Shown: one piece after another, positions 53,705 to 61,338 of the stretch
Layout: every line of letters begins with the position of its first letter
How positions within the stretch are numbered: the stretch's first letter is position 1
Source: an uncultured Acidobacteriota bacterium
Lineage (GTDB): Bacteria; Acidobacteriota; Vicinamibacteria; Vicinamibacterales; UBA8438
DNA: 64,000 bases
Assembly: GCA_913043225.1 (NCBI GenBank)
Contig: CAJWLU010000004.1
Span: forward strand, 1 to 64,000
Direction of reading: 5' to 3'
Translations under genes and position numbers: made by a program
The notes under the pieces: model-generated
Seen by the model: only the letters and a program-made list of their open reading frames with translations
What the model was told of the DNA's origin: nothing
The model's database searches: none

Positions 53705-54961
53705 CTATGCCGTCGCAGCCTCTGCCCCACCCGCCGGAAAGAACTCGGCATGCACCGATCGCGTCGCCTCCTCCAACCGATCCGCCGAGATTACGCAGGC
53801 CACCTTCATCTCCGACGAGCTGATGCAGTCGATATTGATTCCCTCGCGCGCCAGCACCGCGAACATCCTGGCCGCCAAGCCTGGCGTCGACGCCAAGCGC
53901 GACCCCACGATCGATATCTTCGCCACGTCATCCTCAACAACGCAACCGCTCGTGACCTTGTCGGCCTCCCATTGCTCCACAAGCTCGCGCGCGCCATCCA
54001 GAAACTCTTTATCGAGAATGAGCGTGATTCGACCCTGATGCGCTGAGCTGGCGCTCTGGATTATCAAGCGGATATTGATCCCAGCCGCCGCCAGGTCCTG
54101 AAACACACGAGCCGCAAGCCCGGGCTCGTCTGGCACATCCAGCAGAGTCACCTTGGCAATCTTCGCGTCACTGGTCACACTGATGACTTCCGCTCGTTCC
54201 ATGATCTCCTCACCTTCCCGAATCCAGGTACCTTCGCGCAGATGGAAGCTGCTCCTCACGTGGATGGGCACGTCATACTCCATGCACACCTCGGCCGCCC
54301 GCGGATGCAGTACCTTGGCTCCGCTCGACGCCATCTCGATCGCCTCCTCATAGCTGATAGCCGGCCACAACCGCGCGCCTGGCACCCGCGACGGGTCCGC
54401 TGAGAACACCCCGTCCACATCGGTGCAGATCTCACAGGCGTCGGCACCGAGCGCCGCCGCTAGCGCCGCACCGGTGATGTCGCTCCCGCCGCGACCCAAC
54501 GTGGTGACGTCGTTGGTCTCGTTAATCCCCTGAAACCCGGTCACGATGACGACCCGCCCACTGTCGAGCTCCTCGTGGATGCGCCCCGTGTCGATACTCC
54601 GGATCCGAGCGAAGTTAAAAACGCCGTCGGTCCGGATTCCGCACTGGAGCGCTGTCAACGACACTGCCGAGATGCCACGCGCCTGTAGCGCCAGGCCGAG
54701 CAGCGACACCGTGATCTGCTCGCCGGTAGACAGCAGCAGATCCATCTCGCGCCCTTCCGGCCGCTCGGACACCTGATGCGCTAGACCGACCAACTCATCG
54801 GTCGTGCTACCCATGGCCGAGAGGACCACGACGAGACGCGGCGTCTGGGTCAGATTCGACTCGATCCGGTCGGCAATCGCCAGAATCCGCTCCGCGGTTG
54901 CCACCGATGTTCCTCCGTACTTCTGGACCACCACCGGTGGCCTTTCTCCGCGCTCGCTCAT
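53705..54961 (-). CDS. lysC: Aspartate kinase with two ACT domains
   Basis: VQKYGGTSV, VLSAMG, TTLGRGGSD, TDVDGVFSADP, GAKVLHPR, ACT motifs DEPGLAARVF and TPGLAARMF. Confidence 0.96.
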   Translation of the reverse strand: MSERGERPPVVVQKYGGTSVATAERILAIADRIESNLTQTPRLVVVLSAMGSTTDELVGLAHQVSERPEGREMDLLLSTGEQITVSLLGLALQARGISAVSLTALQCGIRTDGVFNFARIRSIDTGRIHEELDSGRVVIVTGFQGINETNDVTTLGRGGSDITGAALAAALGADACEICTDVDGVFSADPSRVPGARLWPAISYEEAIEMASSGAKVLHPRAAEVCMEYDVPIHVRSSFHLREGTWIREGEEIMERAEVISVTSDAKIAKVTLLDVPDEPGLAARVFQDLAAAGINIRLIIQSASSAHQGRITLILDKEFLDGARELVEQWEADKVTSGCVVEDDVAKISIVGSRLASTPGLAARMFAVLAREGINIDCISSSEMKVACVISADRLEEATRSVHAEFFPAGGAEAATA

Positions 54962-54968
54962 GCCCTCC

Positions 54969-56261
54969 TCATCCGCGCACAGGCCGGCTCGCACCAGGGG
55001 CGCAGGCTCCCTCTCGAGCGTGCTCGCGCCCACTGCCCGGTGCCATCTTCGATCCGAGTTGGGTCGCCAGCTGGTGAAGAAACAGTCCCACGTCGGTCAC
55101 GATGCCAGCCGTCTGCGACGACCCTCGGTCGGCAAGCTTGGTCACCACCGCCGGATTGATATCAACGCACACGACACGGACCCATGCCGGCAACATATTG
55201 CCCACTCCGATACTGTGGAGCATGGACGAGAGCATCAGCACCAACCGAGCCCCTTGGAGCTGCTCAGCGTACCGCTCCTGCGCCTCGCTCAAATCCATGA
55301 TCGTGTCCGGCAGCGGGCCGTCGTCCCGGATGCTGCCAGCTAGAACAAACGGCACCTCACGACGAATCACCTCGTACATCAAGCCGCTCTGAAGCAGGCC
55401 CTCCGCGACGGCGCGTTCGATCCCCCCCACGCGGCGAATGGCATTGATGGCTCGCATGTGGTGCTTGTGTCCGTCATCGACCGCGACCCCGCGCTCGAGG
55501 TCGACCCCTAGCGAAGTACCGTAGAACGCATGTTCAACATCGTGCACCGCCAGCGCGTTCCCCGCCAAGAGACTGTCGATCCAGCCGTAGCGTACTAGCT
55601 GGCTTAGATAGCCGCTCCCGCCGCTGTGCACGACCACCGGTCCGGCCACCACGACGACACGCCCCCCGTCCGCCTTAACCTCCTGCATCATCCGAACGAC
55701 GCGCGCCACCGTCACCTCCACCCGTCGTTCGGTGGAGACATCGTTCGTCATGAACGCGAAGCCTAGCCGATCCCGCTCCTTGAATTCGGGCACTACGCGG
55801 ATCCCGTCCACGCCGCAAACGACCGGGTCTCCCGCCCGCACGTCGCGAAGCTTTCGGCAGGCAGCGCGACCGTCGCTGACAACGACGACCGCATCCATCC
55901 GCTGCCGTTTCACGTCGAGCCACTCTCCGTCGTGACGGACCTGGGTACGTTGGTTGGTCGTCGAATAGAAGTCGTCGGGCACGAACCCGTCGCCAGCCGG
56001 CTCCAGACGCGCATCCCGCTGGGGACGGGGATAACACCCCAGCGGCACAAGCTCTTCGAGCAGCTCGCGGAGCGCCTCTTCGGATTTGGTCGTGACCTGC
56101 AGCTGTAACCGTGAGAAGTCGTCATTGGTCCGTCCGATGGCAAAGTCTAGGACGTGATACTTCGCTCCTCGCTCGATCACCTTGTCGAACACGGAGGCCA
56201 ACAGACGGGAGTCGATCAGGTGACCTTCGGCCTCGACGATCTCGCTATGTCCATCGCTCAT
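54969..56261 (-). CDS. TIGR00300 family protein (LOR/SDH N-terminal domain plus DHS-like NAD-binding domain; ornithine cyclodeaminase-like)
   Basis: EAEGHLIDS, PDDFYSTTN, QRMD, GPVVVHSGG, LAGNALAVHDVE, LAGSIRDDGPLPD, MLHSIGVGNM, VDINPAVVTKLADRGS. Confidence 0.88.
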   Translation of the reverse strand: MSDGHSEIVEAEGHLIDSRLLASVFDKVIERGAKYHVLDFAIGRTNDDFSRLQLQVTTKSEEALRELLEELVPLGCYPRPQRDARLEPAGDGFVPDDFYSTTNQRTQVRHDGEWLDVKRQRMDAVVVVSDGRAACRKLRDVRAGDPVVCGVDGIRVVPEFKERDRLGFAFMTNDVSTERRVEVTVARVVRMMQEVKADGGRVVVVAGPVVVHSGGSGYLSQLVRYGWIDSLLAGNALAVHDVEHAFYGTSLGVDLERGVAVDDGHKHHMRAINAIRRVGGIERAVAEGLLQSGLMYEVIRREVPFVLAGSIRDDGPLPDTIMDLSEAQERYAEQLQGARLVLMLSSMLHSIGVGNMLPAWVRVVCVDINPAVVTKLADRGSSQTAGIVTDVGLFLHQLATQLGSKMAPGSGREHAREGACAPGASRPVRG

Positions 56262-56269
56262 CGTTGCGG

Positions 56270-57520
56270 TCACCGCACGCTCGCTTGAGCGGACCGTGAC
56301 GCCAGAAAGGCCTCGAACTCTTTCAAGGCTCGTCCGAGCCGCGTCGGCTGCTCGAGCTGATCGGCTACCACGTGCGACGTTTTGTAGCCGTTGCCAGTGA
56401 TGCACACAACCACCGACTCGTCACGCGGGATCACGCCAGCCTTAATCAGCTTGATCGCCACCGCGAGGGTTGTGCCGCCGGCTGGTTCGGTGAAGATCCC
56501 CTCAGTTCGCGCCAGCAGACCAACCGCGTCCAGGATCTCCCGGTCGGTGGCGCGCTCGCCCGAGCCGCCGCTCCCACGCACCGTCTCAAGCACTTGATGC
56601 CCGTCGGCAGGGTTCCCGATGGCGATCGACTTGGCGATGGTGTCCGGACGAACCGGCTCCGGATGAGTGGCGCCGCTCTCGAGCGCATTGATTACCGGGG
56701 CACAGCCAGCGGCCTGGGCCGCATGAATCCGCGGCAGCATCCCCTCGGTCAGCCCGACCTCACGCAGCTCACGGAACGCGCGGCCGATCCGAGGCAGCAG
56801 CGTGCCGCCGGCCACCGGCGACACGAGGTGCGTGGGATAGCGCCAGCCCAGCTGCTCGACAATCTCGAACGCGATGGTCTTCGCCCCTTCGGCGTAATAA
56901 CTCCTCAGGTTGATGTTCGCGAATGCCCAGCCATATCGGTCACCAACCTGAGTGCACAGACGGTTCACGTCATCATAGGTGCCGTCGATGCCAACCACGT
57001 GGGGCCCCGCTACTGCCGACCCCAGAATCTTGCCCGGCTCCAAACTCTGCGGAATAAAGACGTAGCACTCCAGGCCAAGCCTCGCCGCATGCGCGGCCAC
57101 ACTATTGCCTAGGTTGCCCGTAGACGCGCACCCGAAGGTATCGAAACCCAGTTCGATAGCCCGGGTCGCAGCCACCGGCACCACCCGGTCCTTGTAGGAC
57201 AGCGTGGGGTGATTGACGGAATCGTCTTTGATGTACAGCTCGTCGACGCCAAGCTCCCGGCCAAGCCGATGCGCCCGCACGAGCGGCGTGTAGCCTGAAT
57301 CGAGCCCGGTCAACGGCTCGCCATCAATCGGCAGTAGCTCCCGATACCGCCAGAGATTGTTGGGGCGTGCCTCGATGCTTTCGCGCGTCATCTCCCGCCG
57401 CACGAGGTCGTAGTCATAGACCGCCTCGAGCGGGCCCAGGCACTGGTCACAGACATACAGCGCTTTGGGGGCGAACGCGGTCTTGCACATTGCGCACTGC
57501 AACCCGATCAACGCACTCAT
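56270..57520 (-). CDS. thrC: Threonine synthase
   Basis: N-terminal CxxC...CxxC, LWRYRELLP, PLP lysine SYKDR, ASTGNLG, EGAKT, TGNGYK. Confidence 0.92.
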   Translation of the reverse strand: MSALIGLQCAMCKTAFAPKALYVCDQCLGPLEAVYDYDLVRREMTRESIEARPNNLWRYRELLPIDGEPLTGLDSGYTPLVRAHRLGRELGVDELYIKDDSVNHPTLSYKDRVVPVAATRAIELGFDTFGCASTGNLGNSVAAHAARLGLECYVFIPQSLEPGKILGSAVAGPHVVGIDGTYDDVNRLCTQVGDRYGWAFANINLRSYYAEGAKTIAFEIVEQLGWRYPTHLVSPVAGGTLLPRIGRAFRELREVGLTEGMLPRIHAAQAAGCAPVINALESGATHPEPVRPDTIAKSIAIGNPADGHQVLETVRGSGGSGERATDREILDAVGLLARTEGIFTEPAGGTTLAVAIKLIKAGVIPRDESVVVCITGNGYKTSHVVADQLEQPTRLGRALKEFEAFLASRSAQASVR

Positions 57521-58815
57521 ACCCCATCCTCCCCGTCGCTGAGGATCGGCAGCCAGACCGGCGCTTGCACATGGAAATCAAACCGCTCGATCTCGCCGAG
57601 CGCAGCGCTCACGGCCATCGAGCCGCAAGTCTCGAGCGTCATCACGAACGGCAGTTCCGTCTTCGACCATCCTGGCTCCTGGAGCACGGCGTCCACGTTA
57701 ACCCCATGCCGCGAGAACACCTCCGCAAGAGCGGCGATGATGCCCGGACGATCCGCGATTGTGAACCGGAGGTAGTGGCCCGCTTCGAAACCTTGCACCA
57801 CCCGAGCCGCCCGTTGTTTGTCGGGAAACAGATCCGTGGGAGCCACCGCCTGGCCGCGAGCCACAGCAACCAGGTCTGACACGACTGCCACTGCTGTGGG
57901 ATCGCCACCGGCGCCATAGCCGGAGAAGGCGGTTTCTCCACCATACCGTCCTTCCACGACGACGATGTTCTGGCTGCCGTCGACCCGGGCGAGCGGCGAG
58001 GCCTCGGGCACCAGAGACGGCCGCACCGAGGCGCGGACGCTCCCATCATCAAGCACCTCGGCCTGAGCGACCTGACGGATCACACATCCCAGCCGCCTGG
58101 CGTAGGCGAAGTCGATCGCCGCGACAGACGTCATGGAGGCCAGGGGAATGTCGTCGGCCGTGACCACCTGCCTCAGCCCTACCGCAAGCAGAATTGCCAG
58201 CTTGGCCTGCGCATCGAAGCCTTCAACATCGGCGGTCGGATCCGCTTCGGCGTAGCCCAACCGCTGTGCCTCGGCCAGCGCGTCTTCGAACGAGACCCCG
58301 TCAGCCTCCATGCTCGTCAGGATGTAATTGCAGGTGCCGTTGAGAATTCCGCTTACTCGGGTCAACCGATCGCCGGATACCCCGTCCCTCATCCCGCGCA
58401 CGATCGGGATGCCTCCAGCAACCGCCGCCTCGAACAGCAGCTGCGTCCCGTGACGACGTGCCTGACTCATCAGCTCGGTCCCAGCCTGTGCGATCACCTG
58501 CTTGTTGGCCGTAACCACAGGTATCCCTGCCAACAGCGCCCGGTCGATCCAGTCCCGGGCAGGCGAGGTGCCGCCAATCAACTCGACAACGACATCGACC
58601 TCGGCGGCGAGCAGATCGTCGAACGATTCAGTCCACACGACATCCGGACCGGTCCAATCGACTCGCTTCGACGCGACATTGCGGTTAAAGACATGGGTTA
58701 GCGTGAGCTCGGCGTGCACTCCACTGGTCAGAATTTTGGCTACGGACTGGCCTACGGTGCCAAAACCGGCAATGGCGACCCGACACTGCCGGGACCGCGC
58801 GGACTCGCTCGTCAT
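57517..58815 (-). CDS. hom: Homoserine dehydrogenase with C-terminal ACT domain
   Basis: GFGTVG, VVTANK, FEAAVAGGIP, GILNGTCNYIL, GYAEADPTADVEG, GAGGDPTA, DRPGIIA. Confidence 0.96.
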   Translation of the reverse strand: MTSESARSRQCRVAIAGFGTVGQSVAKILTSGVHAELTLTHVFNRNVASKRVDWTGPDVVWTESFDDLLAAEVDVVVELIGGTSPARDWIDRALLAGIPVVTANKQVIAQAGTELMSQARRHGTQLLFEAAVAGGIPIVRGMRDGVSGDRLTRVSGILNGTCNYILTSMEADGVSFEDALAEAQRLGYAEADPTADVEGFDAQAKLAILLAVGLRQVVTADDIPLASMTSVAAIDFAYARRLGCVIRQVAQAEVLDDGSVRASVRPSLVPEASPLARVDGSQNIVVVEGRYGGETAFSGYGAGGDPTAVAVVSDLVAVARGQAVAPTDLFPDKQRAARVVQGFEAGHYLRFTIADRPGIIAALAEVFSRHGVNVDAVLQEPGWSKTELPFVMTLETCGSMAVSAALGEIERFDFHVQAPVWLPILSDGEDGV

Positions 58816-58874
58816 GACGTTCACTCGCACCGTCGTGGACTGCGCCAACCCCTACGGAGGCCACCGCGTCGGGT

Positions 58875-58912
58875 AAAAAAGAAGGCCATCACCCAGGTGC
58901 GGATGATGGCCT
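58875..58912 (-). terminator. Intrinsic (attenuator) terminator in the hom leader
   Basis: Minus strand AGGCCATCATCC-GCACCT-GGGTGATGGCCT (12-bp stem, one G-U) followed by TCTTTTTT. Confidence 0.88.
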
Positions 58913-58942
58913 CGTTTCGTCTACCTTTACCGCTCAGCTACA

Positions 58943-59023
58943 TCATCCGCTCTGCCCGAGCCTAGCCGGCGCCATGGTGGCCGTCGTCGGACCAGGCAGG
59001 CAAATCGGAAAAATCGCGCTCAT
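58943..59023 (-). CDS. Putative attenuator leader peptide (26 aa, MSAIFPICLPGPTTATMAPARLGQSG)
   Basis: Manual translation; ACG-ACG-GCC-ACC-ATG cluster; stop codon lies inside a 10-nt segment complementary to the terminator 5' arm; RBS is weak (AGG only). Confidence 0.7.
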   Translation of the reverse strand: MSAIFPICLPGPTTATMAPARLGQSG

Positions 59024-59066
59024 CAGGGACCTAAACTGAGGGCGTTTGGGACCCTCAAGCCCTTAT

Positions 59067-59096
59067 TTTATACACTGATAGCGGCATCCAAGTCAA
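59067..59096 (-). promoter_or_regulatory. Sigma70-type promoter of the leader-hom operon
   Basis: Minus strand TTGACT-18 nt-TATAAA. Confidence 0.65.
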
Positions 59097-59112
59097 TCGC
59101 GCCGGTGCCCGG

Positions 59113-59141
59113 TTGACACCCGCAGACCCGAAGAGTAGTAT
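59113..59141 (+). promoter_or_regulatory. Sigma70-type promoter of the murQ operon (divergent)
   Basis: TTGACA-17 nt-TAGTAT. Confidence 0.7.
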
Positions 59142-59168
59142 CCGCCGCATTCTCAGAGGCAGGCTCGT

Positions 59169-60125
59169 ATGTCCACCCGCTCCAAGTGGCAATCGCTCCC
59201 CACCGAGGCCATCAACCTAAACACCCTGTCGATGGACCAGGCGTCCACTGAGGAGATCATCACCCTGATGCTCCAGGAGGACCGCAAGGCCATCACCGCG
59301 GTCCAGCGGGAGAAGCAGCGAATCGCCGTCGGCGCCGAACTGATCACCGAGGCCTTTCGGCGAGGTGGCCGACTCGTGTTCGTCGGCGCGGGCACCAGCG
59401 GCCGGCTCGGCGTACTTGAAGCGGCAGAGATGCTGCCCACTTTCGGCACACCACCCCGCCTGATCCAAGCGATTATGGCTGGCGGCCGGGAAGCCTTCTT
59501 CACCCCCCGCGAGGGCGTCGAGGACAATTTCGAAGAGGGCAGCCGCGCGATCAGCCGGCTGCGCCTGACCAATCGAGACGTGCTCATCGGCGTGTCAGCC
59601 AGTGGGATGACGCAGTTCGTTCGTGGAGCGTTGACCCGGGCCCGTCGAACCGGCGTCAAGATCATATTCGTGACCTGCTGGCCGGGCACCGAGTTACAGA
59701 CCTTCGTCGACGTGATCATCGCTCCGGCCGTGGGCCCGGAGGTCATCGCGGGCTCGACTCGACTAAAAGCGGGCAGCGCCACCAAGATGGTCTTGAATAT
59801 GTTGACCACCATCTCGATGGTGCATATCGGCAAGACCTACGGCAACCTCATGGTCGATGTGCAGACCGGATCGGAACAACGACGCGACCGAGCTCGCGGC
59901 ATCATCACCATGGTGACCGGGCTGGACTATGACGCCGCGGGCGCGTTGCTCAAGCGCGCGCGGTGGAACGTCAAGGCTGCCATCGTGATGGAACGGACCG
60001 GCGACACCTACGGCAAGGCGATCGGAAGACTTAAACGGGCCGGCGACTCGGTACGTAACGCCATCGGGGAAGACGTCGAGCCCCGCCTCCGCGAACGCCT
60101 CCGCCACGGGCGGGTCTCCCCCTAG
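59169..60125 (+). CDS. murQ: N-acetylmuramic acid 6-phosphate etherase
   Basis: LPTEAIN, GAGTSGRLGVLEAAE, EGVED, SASG, GPEVIAGSTRLKAG, KTYGNLMVDV. Confidence 0.93.
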   Translation: MSTRSKWQSLPTEAINLNTLSMDQASTEEIITLMLQEDRKAITAVQREKQRIAVGAELITEAFRRGGRLVFVGAGTSGRLGVLEAAEMLPTFGTPPRLIQAIMAGGREAFFTPREGVEDNFEEGSRAISRLRLTNRDVLIGVSASGMTQFVRGALTRARRTGVKIIFVTCWPGTELQTFVDVIIAPAVGPEVIAGSTRLKAGSATKMVLNMLTTISMVHIGKTYGNLMVDVQTGSEQRRDRARGIITMVTGLDYDAAGALLKRARWNVKAAIVMERTGDTYGKAIGRLKRAGDSVRNAIGEDVEPRLRERLRHGRVSP

Positions 60126-60139
60126 CGCCAGAAAGCGAA

Positions 60140-61336
60140 ATGACGAGGGGCAGGCGACGCAAGCTACTCGGCGTGCTCCTGGGCGTGCTTCTCGGCGCAC
60201 TCCTAGCGCCGAACTCTGCCGCCGCAGAGCGTGGCCTCTGGGTACGCACTGCGACATGGCAGGACCCGCTACGTGCCGCCCGGCTCATCGCCGACGCCGC
60301 GGCCACCGGCTTCACGCTCCTGCTGCTGGACGTGCCGCTGGATGACGCTCCAGGAGCCAGCTCAACAAGACGCGACGAGGCACTCCATGCGTTCATCGCC
60401 AGCGCCAAGGTCCGGGGGCTGCAGGTTCACGCCTGGGTCCAGGCCAGCCGGATCCTGGCCGCGGGGGCGCTCCCCGCCTCGGGCGATCACCCGGTCCGGA
60501 CCTACCCCGAGTGGGTGATGGTACCTAGGGAGCTAGCCACCGAACTCGCCAGGCTCGACGCGCACAACCCCGCCTATCTGGGCGCGCTCGCCCGCTGGGC
60601 GCGCGATCGCGCCGACGAGGTAGACGGTCTGTATCTGTCGCCGCTCGTTCCCGCCGCGGCGGAATTTCTCGCCGATCGCCTCGGTGCCCTGCTCAACCGG
60701 GTTCCCTTTGACGGCGTCCAGTTCGAGTCCGCTTACCTCCCGAGCAGCGACTTCGATTTCGGCGCACTCGCCGTGCGGCTGTTCCGTGAAGAGGTTGCAT
60801 CGAGACTGCCCCCCCTCGAGCGTCGTCAGCACGACGCTCGATCCGCCATCGATCCCCGCACCTATCCCGACGCGTTCCCACAGCAGTGGAGCCGATTCCG
60901 CCGCTCGCGCGTCACGGCACTCATCGCGCGGCTCGGCGCCCGTGCTCGTCAAGCGCGTCCCGGCATTCACGTCAGCGTGCTGGTCGCCGCCGACCCGGAC
61001 GAGGCCTTGGGACGCCACCAGCAAGACTGGCGCACCTGGGTAGAGATAGGGCTTGTTGATGCAATCTGCCTAGCGCCAGGCACCGAAATGCCGGGTGAAT
61101 TCAGCCAGCACCTCGTCGACGCCTCGACCATTGCCGGCACCGCGGCACTGTGGACCGGCGTGGCCGCCCATCGGCTGTCTCCTAGCGACACCCTTGCACG
61201 GATACGTACCGCTCGCCGGATCGGCGTCGACGGCCTGCTGGTCTGGTCCTACGACACCGTGATCGACTCGACCCGACAGCCTCCGGGGCACCTTCAGCAG
61301 ATCGGCCTCGCACTCTCGACCGGTGACCAACGCTAA
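60140..61336 (+). CDS. Secreted glycoside hydrolase-like 10 (YddW/DigH-like) protein, divergent
   Basis: Signal peptide; RGLWV, GLQVHAWV, HP...PEW, YLSP, FDGVQFE, QDWRTW. Confidence 0.72.
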   Translation: MTRGRRRKLLGVLLGVLLGALLAPNSAAAERGLWVRTATWQDPLRAARLIADAAATGFTLLLLDVPLDDAPGASSTRRDEALHAFIASAKVRGLQVHAWVQASRILAAGALPASGDHPVRTYPEWVMVPRELATELARLDAHNPAYLGALARWARDRADEVDGLYLSPLVPAAAEFLADRLGALLNRVPFDGVQFESAYLPSSDFDFGALAVRLFREEVASRLPPLERRQHDARSAIDPRTYPDAFPQQWSRFRRSRVTALIARLGARARQARPGIHVSVLVAADPDEALGRHQQDWRTWVEIGLVDAICLAPGTEMPGEFSQHLVDASTIAGTAALWTGVAAHRLSPSDTLARIRTARRIGVDGLLVWSYDTVIDSTRQPPGHLQQIGLALSTGDQR

Positions 61337-61338
61337 GC

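Noticed and set aside
58875..59060. T-box, SAM-I or lysine riboswitch in the hom leader
   Set aside because: No T-box GGTGGNACC motif or recognisable aptamer core; the leader-peptide model explains the complementarities.
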